A DNA stretch of 57,969 nt, counting the filler, from Sphacelaria rigidula (taxonomy: Eukaryota): NCBI GenBank assembly GCA_964200075.2. It is 3 parts of 3 records of this genome, joined end to end, with 100 filler letters (N's around TTAATTAATTAA, not from the genome) between each part and the next. Parts side by side here need not be neighbours in the genome. Positions count along the whole stretch, not along the records: positions 19,362 to 38,617 come from CAXNAA020000704.1; positions 38,718 to 57,969 come from CAXNAA020000705.1; 1 more part is not named here. One strand, 5' to 3'. Within the stretch, counting starts at the first letter, position 1; every line of letters begins with the position of its first letter. Both the position numbers and the translations under genes were made by a program. The notes under the pieces are model-generated. The model ran no database searches. It was given only the letters and a program-made list of their open reading frames with translations, and had not been told where the DNA came from. Positions 23,519-43,000 of this stretch are shown piece after piece.

Positions 23519-25944
23519 CTATTTCCTTCGTATCCAGGCAGATCCTGGAGCGTAAGTATAATCGATTAGGCTGTACACGGCAACAGGACGAACAGGCACG
23601 GTAGGAACCTTCACCAAGCGAGACAACAAATCTCCCCAGCAATTGTGCTCTCCAGAAATGTGTTCAATGACATATCGATATTGTTGGGCTACCAGCAACT
23701 CTCGCATGTCTTCTTGGCCTGGCATCACCCCCGGAGACTGTTCCACTTTTGTGTTCACCGCCTGATAGTCGCTGACCAAACGGGATGTGTCCCTCTTCGA
23801 CACCGCCATCGCCGGACTCGCCAACACAGCCTGAGAGTTCCCAACCGACGGATCGAACGCCACCAAAGCTGCGATGCATGGAGCAAGCCACACGGTCTTC
23901 ACCGGATCGTCGCGGCGAGGCTTGGCCTTCACAGCCTCCCTCATTGGCTCCACGCGCGCTGGTAGATCACCACGCAGCGCACGACGAGTTGTATCCACGC
24001 GACGAGCCAAGATATCACGCAGACAATGTGTGCCATCGGTGCTCAGGCCCTTCTGCTCGGCCTGCTGTACGCTATCCTCAAGCGCACGTTCTCTTGAACT
24101 TTTCTCCTCCGCTGGGTCCATAAACATATCGGGCCCCCGATCGACCAAGCGCTCCACCGCTTCATCCGCAGGAGCCTCGTCCTCATCTGCGCTCTGGAAT
24201 GACCGTATGGACACGATCACACGCTTTGCAGCAAATAGGTGGGGTTTTCCATGCCGGTTTGCACCGGCGCAGCACGCGAGCGCAACTTCTCCAACGCCAG
24301 CGGGTACAAATCAATCCCGAGCTCCTTCGTCGTCGCCATTCCAAATAGAACCACGTTGTCCCTACAGGGCATGACAGCGAAAGTGATCGGCTGCGACTCC
24401 ACAGCCCCCCACGGCGTACACACGCTAACGGTAGTCGGCACCGTTTTATGTGTAACCGTCACGGGGGCACCCGCGGCGGTCTGCGCCGTTTGTGGTTCGT
24501 TTCCGAACGGAATCTGAAGCTGACCGCCGCCAAATTGCGAAGACGTTTGCTTAAGCAATCCCACACCGATCAACATAAGCGCAGACCCAGAATCCAGAAT
24601 AACGCGGGCCATGAACGAACCTGTAGAACCAGGCAAGGTTTAATCTGCGCGTAAGCATTCAGCCTTGCGATCGACAGGTACTACGCCTGCCGAAGAGCCC
24701 TGTTCTGTACCAAGACTCACCTGACGCCAGGGCTGCCCTCCAGCACTCGAAATCGATAGCTGCGAATTATCGGTCCAACCAGACCAAGTCGCCGAATATG
24801 CAGAGGGCGCTGTTACAGCCGTCGCAGCCGTAGGAAATGCACCAGACACGGATCCTGCCTGGCCGAGGGGTTGCGAGCTATTCGCTCCAGCACTCCCCAC
24901 CGAAGTATTTGCATGTCCCACGTACACAGTCTGCCTTGCTAGGGACGAACCATAAGATCCAGAGTCACCACCTGATGACGTATTGGAAGAAACGGCGGCG
25001 GAGGAACCACCACCCGCCGCCGATGGCTTGCTACCGCGGCCGCCGTGCCCGCGTCCCTGGTTGGCACGGCTCCGTCCACCGTGACGATCGTCGCGAGATC
25101 CTGATGGATCTCGCGCATTGCCCTGTTCAGCGCCTTGAGCGCGAGGCTTGGTGCAATCTTCGATCAGATGTTCGGTGTCGCCGCAGTTGTAACACGCGCG
25201 AGTGGACGACGTTCGCGAAGACGGCTTCTATTTGTGTTGTTGTTGCTGTTTGCGGCGCATACCACCTGCACTTGTTGCAGAATCGCACCGGCTATGTGCT
25301 TCAATGAACTTCCATTGGTCAGCGGCATCAAATTTTTTGTTGAACACCGCCGTCGGGTTCTTGTTCCAGCCGTCAACATACGTTAGTGCACTTCTAACAT
25401 ACGCCTTGAATTCCGGAGGCGAAATCCCGTCCACCAAAGCTGTGGAAACCGACTCGGCCGGGCCTGGCAACCAACTCTTGTCCTCCGCACGGTACATGGC
25501 TTGCACCGTCAGGTTTTCTGCGAAAAACGTTTCTATCGCTGAACTGACCATCATCACACGATCCTTGACATATTTTCCACCGTTTTCTAGCATAGTAAAA
25601 ATTTTGCGTAGGTCTGCTGCAGCCCGCGCAGCGTCATGCTTTCCGCAGGTTGTAGTGTACCCGGCATGCTGCTTCCCAGCATCTAGCAATTCGTCGGGGT
25701 TCATAGCCCGACGGTCCTTGTACACATCTTCGAAGCACCGGTGAATATAGGTAGGAATGAGTTGTCCGATACTCCCTTTCCCATGCTGTATGAATCCTGT
25801 GACATTGGCGAAAATCAGCCTATCTAGATAGTCGAGATATCCGGCATAGAACCTTCTTGACGCCTCTTCAGTCCACACTTCGCCATACCTTGGCGGCTCT
25901 AGTGGCTCACCTAACACCAACGAAGCTGCTCCCGCTTGAGCCAT
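23519..25944 (-). mobile_element. Internally deleted Ty3/gypsy LTR retrotransposon (gag - zinc knuckle - protease - RT start - RNase H end)
   Basis: Gag-like ORF 25228-25944; CYNCGDTEHLIEDC knuckle (25153-25194); protease VILDSGS (24217-24636); RT N-terminus ASPAMAVSK...RLVSDYQAVN joined directly to RNase H C-terminus QYRYVIEHISGEHNCWGDLLSR (23519-24220). No YxDD core, no integrase and no paired LTRs seen. Confidence 0.9.
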
Positions 25945-28506
25945 GTCGACTAGACTTCAACACTTCAGTGAAAGACTCTTGCCTGACTTGTGCGTCCTCC
26001 AGCCCACGGAGCGCCCATCACTGCTGTGCGCTTAAAGTTGTCTCTCTGTCTGCGGGCTAAACTAGCTTCCTGCTGCAGCCCACTTTCTCCTCAGCCAAAA
26101 CTCCTCTATCAGAGTACCGGAAGAATAGCATCTAGATATTATAGCCTCTGCCAGACGATCTGGACAAGAAGACTATCCACGAGGGACCGCTCCAGTAGCA
26201 CTGACCTCGTGCTCGACAAGTCCTTTCTTCTAACTTATTATTATTGTGGAGTGATCCTCTACAGACCACACCAAGAGCTAAACAACAAGGGACCACACAG
26301 ATGAGGGTAATCAATTCAGGATCCCCTGTCCCCTGCCACTGCCCCAATCATGCATGCGATTATACTGAGGCCTATGGGTTGATATCATTTGGTGACAGAG
26401 GGCAATAATAACGTCTCCGCCAGATCGACAGTGAGGTCTCATTTGGAACACGCTGTATTTTATGTTCCTACTAGTAGTGAACGACACACTCACGAGTTAT
26501 AACAGGGAGCGATCTGTTTTTTTGGTGAACGGAACGTAATTCACGGGGCTCTTTTAAAAAGATTTTCCTGACCTCATCGGAAGAAAAGAGTTCCTCGGCG
26601 AGAAATGTGACAGAAGATTTCTCAACCAGGACAAGGGATAGAACAACTGAAGACTGACTGCATATTACTCAGAAAGCCTAGCGTTGTTTTTTTCGGCATT
26701 TTTTCTTCTTGAAAAGTCTGAAAATCTTCCCGAAAGAGTCGCAAAAGTCCGAAAACCCCTCCGTTAAAAACGACCCTAACAACAAAGAGGCCATGTTTTT
26801 GCTGTTCTTTCCACTCATTCATTTGTAAACACACCACGTACGTCGGTGACTTGAGTCGTGCTACCCCGAGTACTGTCACTACTACTCACCTCTCCACTCG
26901 GTGCCCTGCCCAGGCTACAGATCCCCGCTTCTACGCTTGTCGGCAAGGACTTTCGACTCGGGGCCGTTCGTCATATATTTGTAACGACAGCGATGCGTAT
27001 ATTCTCCGCTTGAGACAGGAGCCGAGGCGCGTGGGCTCAATTCCCAGTACGATAGGCATCAGCAGTTATCGAAGAGCAGTCCTTCTCCAGGGGCCGCACT
27101 TCCATAAGTATTGATCCGTTCGTGGAGAGTGTTATTTTGCCATCCAGCCAGTGCTGGATATGCTTGAAGCCCCGCACCACCGCAGAATTCGGTGTAACCG
27201 ATCCGGGGTGTCGACGCGCGATTAGCTAGCAAGCTAATCGTCCAGTCTAACTTGATATCCCGGGAAAGCGATAGCGACTGCACTCGTCTGCTGTTTCTGT
27301 CGTCGGAAAGGGCGCTATTGATTTTTCCTTTCCTAGCGGATGAGGTTTTCCCCTGCACCGTAAGTTTGCAGGTTTTTCTCGTTTCACCTCCAGGCATATG
27401 ATGCAAAGGCTTTGGTTTGTTTCGACCCTTCCAGGCCTTGGATATTTTTTGTTTAGCCTTGTAAATGAGGCTACAAGGCTGGAGGGATGTTACGGATTCA
27501 TTGTTCATTTCCAGTCGACTAGTCTTCATGTGTCATATTTTGTTACGCTTGGTATTCGATGAGTGATACTTCGTTTCGAGCCCTCGAGATTTCGACAAGG
27601 CTCTCGGCCCTCATGTGTTTACAACGCTTTAGGGACTGATTCCAACAAGTACAGCAGGAACTAGCCTGTTCGCCGATAATGCAAGAAACATCCACGCCAT
27701 CCACGGGGCTGCTTTTCAAAGGTGTCTCTGGTCTCCGTCTAGAGTAAGCCTGGCTTGCATACAGCTGATGCGCACTTTTACGCCTGGCTTGACACGCTGC
27801 ATGGTCGAGCTGACTGTATGAACACTACTGGCACGCATCTATACCATCGGACTTGGTCGAACCATGTTACTTGAATGTGTTCGAGCGCAATAGTGCTCGG
27901 GTGCCCGTGGACTGGCACCCTTCACCTCTTGATCTTTACCCCTGATTCGCGACAATATTTTAGGGTGAAGGCATTTCACTCACGAGTTCCAATCCCAACA
28001 ACCATAACCCCAACCCTCAGTGTGTAGGGCCTACTTGATCGAGCTCAATCGGACTTCCATCGTTGACAGCGCGAGGATGCGAATCGCAGATACAATCCGA
28101 CAAGACAGCAACACACAGTCGACGCCGTGCAAGAGTGAGTGCTGCGGATTGTTTCGTGCCGACAAATTACTGCACGGTCGGCATCACGGAAGAGGGATGT
28201 GATCATCCCCTGAAGCTGGGGACTCGTCCCGAGAAAGGGTGTGGGGGGCGAAGAACACAGATTGAAAAAATGTGCCGATAGCAAGAAGGGTAGGTACCGC
28301 CAAAATGCCTACAATATTTAAGCGAAGGAAAGGAAGGCGAAAGTGATATCTAATAAGTCGATAGCGTGTCTGAGCGCTAACGGTTGACCGCGGGTCGGCA
28401 GAGTGGCTAGTGAATGCCAAGAGAAACTGAATGAAAGTGGTGCATGGCCCCCAACGCTGAAGACACGGTATCAGGGGTGTTGTTCTCTGAGCGCGAGTAT
28501 CTGTTA

Positions 28507-28789
28507 CGAGCAATGCTACGGTAGGGGTTGCACTTTTTTAGCGAAAACGTTTCCCGGGGCTGCTCGGGGTGTTGGACGGATGATTTTGAGGATCTGCATC
28601 ACTTTTACTTGAAAAAGAGTGAAAATGATGCCGATTCACGAAAAGGTCCCTGCGTGCAAATACCATGTATGTTTCTGTGAGTCCGTTCCCCAGAGATTTG
28701 GGTTGCGCACAGTAAGCTCCATATATTTGGGATCCAGCAAAAAAGAGACCCAAAAACAAAATGTGCCCTTCCTACCGTAGGATGGCTTT
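28507..28789. mobile_element. MITE with atgctacggtagggg TIR (copy 2, opposite orientation)
   Basis: caatgctacggtaggggttgcactttttt ... gtgcccttcctaccgtaggat; subterminal sequence matches the reverse complement of 15581-15839. Confidence 0.7.
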
Positions 28790-29486
28790 TACGCAGACCC
28801 GGCAAGGACACAACTCGAGGTGCACATTATAATAATGTCATGCTCCACTGTAGTCACTACTACAGAATACAAGCAAAACGCAGGAGTGAATGAGTTGTTT
28901 GAACGGGTCGGAAAACGAAAAATCACAACATGAACAAAAAAAAATCGAAAGATTTGGTGACCAACGGAAAAGGAGAGGAAAAGTAGAACCGAAGCATCGC
29001 CACAAAAAAAAAAGCCGAAGCCTTCAAACACGTGAAATTAACCTTGAAAAAAAAATAGAACTACCGACCATCAATTGGCTTCATCGTTTCTTTGAGACAC
29101 ACGGAAGCTACGGCACATCACATATCATATCATGTCACACTCCAAATTCCTCCGCGCGCACTGCTTTCATCACTCGTTCTCTGCTTGTGCAACACACAGA
29201 TAGACAGACTCGGTAAAACACACACAAAAACCGCAAACCGCAAACGCCGATCACTCGACTCTATCCCCAATCCCCGAAGCCGCACGCATGATGGCCACAT
29301 GCCATACTATATCCTGTACCCTATCGCCAGAGGCTATGATGCTAAGGAAAGACTCTTCGCTCTAATCACCAGTTAGTTGTCGATTTTTTGTCGCTGCTGC
29401 TCTTGATTCGGTTCAACGCCGAACAAGCCCTCTGTGTTTTTTTGTGCCCGCCACTGCTATGCACGTATATTATCATCGTAGATTAC

Positions 29487-29533
29487 CTAAAAGCCTCCGA
29501 GGTAATCGTGTCGACCTCCATCCTTGCTTCCAC
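29487..29533 (-). other. Orphan putative micro-exon (VEARMEVDTITSEAF)
   Basis: Strong acceptor tttcctttatttttcaag and donor AG|gtaatc around a 47-nt open stretch; parent gene unknown. Confidence 0.4.
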
Positions 29534-31514
29534 CTTGAAAAATAAAGGAAAAGAGGTAATGTGCTGTAATTCACACTTTCGAGATGTAACACCGGTTTTG
29601 AACGGCCAGATAGATTGAGGGTCCCTAACACGACTGACGACACCATGATCCCTCCATCTGCCGCATGGTGAAAAACGGCTTCGATTCAAGGCCGCTCGTT
29701 CACCCACCATGCATATACTATGGGCAGTTCCTAGAGCACGTATTACAAATGCCATGTCCTACCGCCGCCCCCTCCCCCCTCCGTTCGACTCCACACGAGT
29801 TGAAACTCAAAACATGAATATTTTATACTTCGGAAGTATAATATATATATATATATATATACGATGACATCGACATCTTGTCTGACTCTACTACACGCTA
29901 AACAATCGAGGAAATGTACCCGTGCGTGAGTACCCATCTTGAGCAGAGAGAAGGAGAAGGAGAAGGAGGGAGGGGGTCAGAACGCGTGACAACAACATCG
30001 TGTCTATATAGTTCTTTATACTGCAGCAAGGCGCACGCTTTCTGTGCATCCGAGTGCCTGTGACACTGACGGCGTTGCGTACGGTGATACAACTCTTACA
30101 ACATCACAGCGGTTGCTACCGGGGGGGGGGGGATGTGATCTGGCGTTAACGCAGCAGCACAATTCCAAAGTTATTTTCCCGCATCGTTTTTTCCCTGCGT
30201 TGAGTTATGACATGAACATTAGACTGCATGAGTGTCTTGACAGCCAAAACAAGGATGAAAACACACAATACCAGAATCAAAATCACGCACAGGATGCTGG
30301 TGATAAACACACACACACACACACACATACGGCACACAAAGCTAGACAACCAAAAAAGACACACAATGCCCACCGCCACGCGCGGTATCCCTCCCACACT
30401 CCGAGATTTCTAGCATCGGGCCGTACGTGCAACACCGCCCCTCCTCCTTCTTCAAGCCATATGCACTGACCGCAGCCCCTGCACGCGCTTCGGGTAACAT
30501 ATCACGAGTCCACCTTATGCCCCAATATATCATCCGCCACACGCCGGGCAGGGCACCCCCTCCCGTTCAGAATGTCCCCAAAATCGTGCCCTCCACTCCC
30601 TGACCATATTTGCGGGGTCCGCTATCTAAGCAAGCTGTACTCTTTCTAAAGCCCTGGCCATAGCGAAGTTCTTGTTTCTTTCAAAGTATCGCATGACATG
30701 GCAACCCACGTTCAACCAAAAGCAGAATGCCCTCTTCTTTTTCACTCCCCTCCCCTCTACCCGCTTCCCCCCAAATGGCACTACTTCGTCCGCAAAAAAT
30801 TCGAACGTTCATGTACCGCGAAGATAAAAATATCTCTCTTCCTCTACTCTTCAATAGGAAACAGCGCTCACAAAATATTCAACACAAGTCAATAATGGAT
30901 GAAAAGTGGGATAGAGTTCAGTGAACCAGGGTCAGTGTAACTAACAAATGACCAGGAAACACTCGCGTAGCAAAATCCCGACAGCTCCATCCCAAATCGC
31001 GACGAACGGCCGGCAGGAGGTTCCACAGATTGAGTCGTTTTGGGCCGTCTTCCTTCATCTAGTACGTAATTTCCGACTAAGCAAGAAAACAGGCGACATC
31101 GATTATGTGGTCTATTTACGAGGCTTTCGACGTATGCAAACCGGGGACGGATTCTTTTGTGTTCATCACACCCTGGATTATGACAAAAGATCACGTTGTT
31201 AAGAGGTGTACTGCGTACAGTATCGACTATTACGACTATTGCAATAGACAATAAACTCCGTAGTGTAGGCAGTACATTTTATAACAATATGATTTATTGT
31301 GCAGGGTGCGGTGTTGATCAACCTCCCCAACATCCAATTTTGGGCAGAGAGGGCGTGGGATAGGAGGGAAAGGGAAGGAGGAGCTGGTGAACACTGTGTC
31401 CTGACGTGATCGTTTTCCTCTTGGTATGTTACTATCAGTAGATAATTCGAAAACGTTCCGGTCGAGCGTTCCTCTTGTTTGCTCCGCTCGGATGGACCCG
31501 TCGTGTTTCAAGGG

Positions 31515-37576
<6,062 letters not shown>

Positions 37577-38617
37577 TCAACGAAGGAAGCCAACAGCAGC
37601 AGAAAGCAACACGAGAGGGACATCAAACGACCCATCTTCGTGCAGAATCTTCCTGCCGCCCTTTATTCCGTCACCGTCGACTACAAACTTTTCAAGTCCC
37701 GTTCGTCATGCCAAGGAATATCCCCACGCAAAGCCAATTTTTACGATTGATCACGACACCCACGGAAACAGCAGCAGCAACGACAACAAATCTAAACAGC
37801 CACAGTTATTCCTTGTAAATGCTCCATCCATATCCCAGGTTGTAGTAAACACCCCGTGACCAACTGGGGCAAATATTACAGACAAAAAGCCACACAAGTC
37901 GGCAAGTGCACACGTGTCGCAACTTCATCTCCACTACTCTATGAAAAGGGCACAACAAAGCTGTTGAGAGTGCACACAGCAACCACCACCATCACCTAAG
38001 CGAGCTATATTTGTCATATTGGGTTAACCTGTACGAAACTGCGCACTAGAAAATAGTACTCCTGGAATTTAGCGATGAACTGAGCACGGGCTTAATGTGT
38101 ATATCGTGAACATGGTTAACCATAGCATGTCTGTCACCAGGCTACACGAAAGCTCAAACTTTCGTAGCGTGCGGAAACTTTAAACCGCGTTGTGTTGTGT
38201 TGTGTGATGCCATCCTCTCTACTCTGGACACCAGTCAACACCTCTCGGTACATGTAGCCTATGCCGGCGCATCAGCTGAGGTCGCACAGGAGGAAGGTCA
38301 ACACATGATGTTTCTTCGTTTTTCATTTGTTTTCGTACTTCATCTTCCGTTTGCGGTACTTCCCGTTCTATTTATAACTGAATCCAACCTCTCACGCTGA
38401 GTTCAGTTGGTACAGATGAATAAATTAGGCTTGATTTACTCTCTTCCCCTCAATAGTCCCTTTTCTCCGAGGAAAAAATCCACGTTTGCAGATTGGACAA
38501 AGTGACAAAAGCAAAAAAAAAAAAAAAAACGACAAAAAAAAGAAAGTCGGACGAGAAAAAAGAACAAGAGTAAACGCGATAAAAAAAAAAAAAAAAAAAA
38601 AACAAAAAAAGAAAAAA

Positions 38618-38717
38618 NNNNNNNNNNNNNNNNNNNNNNNNNNNNNNNNNNNNNNNNNNNNTTAATTAATTAANNNNNNNNNNNNNNNNNNNNNNNNNNN
38701 NNNNNNNNNNNNNNNNN
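38618..38717. other. Assembly gap with artificial TTAATTAATTAA spacer
   Basis: Same N-spacer-N structure as 19262-19361, preceded by A-rich low-complexity sequence. Confidence 0.97.
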
Positions 38718-40047
38718 AGAGATAGCCAGATGCTACGCACTACCTCATGGATATCTCACAAGTTTAACACTACGTAGTATGATTATCCCTTTGCGTGCGG
38801 GGGGGGGGGTGGGGTACTCATGAGTTTGCATGCAGTAGTCACGGGACGATGGGGGAAGGGGGCAATTGCAGCTAGTGTGTGCTCTTTCAAAGTAAAGGGG
38901 TAAAGTGCACCCGTGATAGGTATACAAAATAATGTTGATAACATAGGTTGATTTGTGTTTGGAACGCTAAAATTCTCCCTGCAAATGTTCACAAAACAAT
39001 GCGCGGCTTACTCCACTCGTTACAGCGGAGGGGGCTTCCCCTATTGGGATTCAATCTTTGCGGCAACGCTTGCCGCCTCTTGAGTGCTCGCAGCTCAAGC
39101 TTGTCCGTTAACCCACGAGTAAACCTGCACTCCACTGAGTCACAACGTTGAATATAAATGTGCACAGGATAACAGATATTATATACACATACCTCTTGCG
39201 AGTAGCGTTCGAAAGTGGACAGATCGCGGGAGTTCTTCTGGAGGCACCTGTTGCGTTCAGTTCGAATGGCAAACGAAACAAGATCGAATGGAACATGATC
39301 AAAGTAAGCGGTAGTTCAAAAGAACTTGTTCAGTCGCAGTCCCTGGACGGCAAGTTTCTTGTTGTCAAGTCAACAGCATTAGCAACATGATGCACAAAAA
39401 CATGTCGATGGCATGAAACTTCGACGTCAGGGTAGATGACGGTGACTGTACTGTACTGTGCTGCTACTCGAGTTATGACTGCACAGTCCACCACTCCATA
39501 CTTGCTACTGCTGCCACCCAGCCCATGAAGGCAACTCCCACGATATACGTTCACCGATCACTAGTAGTGTTCATGAAGCCAGCTCGCTCATGCCATTGGC
39601 ACCACGAGAACACAGGAGAGCAATAACAGAAAAATGTGAGGTGAAGTGAGCGGGATCTACCGACCGATGCACAGGCGAAGACTCTCTACAGTCCGTGTCC
39701 TGAGTGCCTTATCATTCGACGGTCGCATCTGTATATTGTTATATGCTAGGAACAGCACACTAGCACACTACCGTACGAAACAAAGCCTACAGCATTTGCC
39801 TAGCAAAATATACGTTTACCAGCAAATGCTACATGGCTGAGTTACACACCTTGACGACGTCAAACACACAAAACATCAACAACTACGAACAACACCACTC
39901 CTACAAAGGAGCGATGACGATGGAGTTTGACTGATTTCCAGCACCATGCCCTGCTGGAACGAGAGGCCGGTGTCAAGAGAAATCCGGTTCATGTTTGACA
40001 GCCCCCCGCCCCCCCCAAATGAAAATAATAATAATCGCGTATCTCAC

Positions 40048-43000
40048 TGGTAAAGGACGTCCACATCCTCGGCGATGTCGGGGTCGGCAAACTTTCGGTT
40101 CTTCATGTGCTCCAACGTCTTGGGCAGGCCGCACGCGATCATCTCGGCGTTGAAGCTGCCCACCTGTGGTGCCAGTATTCAAAGTTGTATTTGTATTTGA
40201 ATAAAAACATACGGGGTGAAAAAACGAAACTTGGGTGACATGTGCCGAGTTATGATCCCTGCGATCATCCTCTTTTGGTCTGGCATCCAAAGTGGAAGGC
40301 AGAACTTTCGTACAGATGGGGAACAGAATTGTCCAAGCAAGCCGCCCAGTTCGTATACACATATGACTGCTGCCGAGATAGCCCCCCCCCCCCGAACTGA
40401 GTGTTTTCAGTATGAATACGAGGTTTGTGTTGGCGGATGACGAATTATAAGGGATGTACTCTGGCGTATGCCGAAGTTGAAATAAGATATAAGGGATCGC
40501 GTGTCCAAGGCGCAAACGCCGCAGAGTTGGTTCAAGCGGGCGAGACTGGTCTGCTGCAAGATCACCAAAGGAGCAGACAGTATCACTCGAGACCACTTGA
40601 CCAGTCAGCGACACGCCAGCAGTCTCAGTAGTACAGTAGTCCCTGGCACTTGATCGATTGTATTTGAATAAAAACATACGGGGTGAAAAAACGGAACTTG
40701 GGTGACGTGTGCCGAGTTATGATCCATTGCATTCATCCTCTTTTCGTCTGGCATCCAAAGTGAAAGGCAGAACTTTCGTACAGATGGGAAACAGAATTGC
40801 CCAAGCAAGCCGCCCAGTTCGTATACACATATAAACACGACAAACGACAACATCAATGTATTTATTTCATGGCTGTGACAGAATCAAGGTTACCGGTTAA
40901 CCTGTTGCCCCACCATCTACCGTCGGTACTGTCATCATCCAATATGAAGTAAAATACAAGGCCATTCCACTTCGGATAACACAGGCTATTAATATTGTCC
41001 TTGACCTTCAGTCATGACGATGAAACGACTGGTTCGGACCACGTGTCGAGGAAAAAATATACTTCACACATGTTTACAGCCCGATAACCCCGGCGCGGAA
41101 TCGGCGGCGTCGTTACTCCTACCTTCTCCCCACTAGACTGCAGCATGTTCGTGTGCTGCAGTGGATTAACACGATCGTCTGTAGGTGACATTTCGGATGC
41201 CAACACATCTCGAGAGTCGGCCGAGGCACTGTCTATTTACGGCTTCTTTAAACATTCCACACCTTGGAAAGTATGTGGTCAATAAATGCAATAGGCCTAT
41301 ACTTTATGCAGTACACTTCTCGTATTGCATCTATTGACCACATATTGTCCAGGGTGTGAAACATCCACAACTAGAGAACAATAACATGTCACTACATCTT
41401 GAAAAAAAACACAAAATGTGAATTTCGGTGGAAAATGACCGCATGCAGCGGAGCATTCTCACTACCCCCTAATATTGGCCCAATATCTTCAATCCCCCAT
41501 GAGACTGTATTTGGTGACCCAACACCAAATACATCACGTGCACTATACTGACCTCGCCCTCGGTGAGATGCTTGAGGGCGGCCAGCGAGACGCGGATGAC
41601 CTTCTCTGTCGACGCGGCAGCCACCTAATCGAGTCGTAGGCAGGGTAAGACGGCAACAGGGGCGACCAGCGTATTTCAGCCACAATAGCGTATTTCAGCA
41701 GACAATAACTCCACAGTTCAGGTGAGGTAATGAGTCCTAGATGTATCAAGCCATGCAAGTGCAGCAGCAGCAACATTGACGACAACATACAGCAGCAGTC
41801 TTGAAGGAACCTCCGCCATGAGGGTCGATTTTTCTCTTCATCGTTATACTTTCAACCACTCCCCTTCCCTGTCCTCAAATGGGAAAATTATATTCTTGAT
41901 AAAATTTCACAGTTTCTCCGTCCTACACAGTACCGGCTTCCGGGGGTCCCAGTATGAAAAAAAAACGGAAGGTGGTAAAGAATGCCCCGAATGAAAAATA
42001 GTACCATGATGCGTCCTGGAGTAGTCCAAGGAACACATGTCTAAAGCTGGGTCGAGAAACTCCACAACCCCATACAGTTGCCTTGACGTAAAATTCACCC
42101 TAAAACGACGTTCTCATACTAAAACCAAGTAATTAGGAGCACGTTTCAAGCTCACGTCCTCGCACAAACGCGCAAACTTTTACGCAGCTATAAAGAGTCA
42201 GACCCTGAAACTTCGCGCAAATGTGCTATGAGTCGTTACGCAACGATGGACGAGGGTTTTTTTCCCCTCCTTCACTTTTTTTGCCGTTTTGGGGGGGTGC
42301 GACGAAATGCAAGTCGTTTTCCGCCCCGGAAAATCGGAACAGCGATTTTTGTCATTTTTTCGCGAACTAGCTGTTGCCACGTCACCCAATGGAGGGCCCC
42401 ACAAAGATTCATGACCAAACTCCATCACATAATGCTTGAATTTCATTTTCACGTCAAAAAAGGACCCAAAACGCCATTTCTATACTAAAATCAAGTAGGT
42501 TGCGGTTTTACCGTGGCACGGCAAAGCTCATCGCACAAACGCAACAAATTTCAAACCGTTTTAAAGACTTAGATCCTGAAACTTTACACAAATGTGCTAC
42601 GAGCTGGGCCAGCCTAGAGGCGGATTTGAAGTTTGCAGGCCCATGCTATTTCATACATCTAGAGTTGGACACTGAAATTCGGTATGGACAATACATAAGG
42701 CATAAAAAAAGACGTCGGTACCAAAAGTTTTTTTCCATGAGTTAAGGGTATTTTACTCATACCAGAGAACTGATTATTGCCCTTAACTCAACAAAAAAAA
42801 AAGTTTTGGTACCGACGTAGTTTTTCTTCCAAGCCCTATGCATTGCCCTTACCGAATTTCACGGTCCAACTCTACATATATGAAAGAGAATGGACCTATC
42901 TAAAACCGAGTGGGTAGAAATTCGGAACAGTATTTCGCAGGTCACTCACCGGCCCACGTTTGGTTTTCGTGTATTGAAATTTTGCCCGGGCGCTCTTTAA

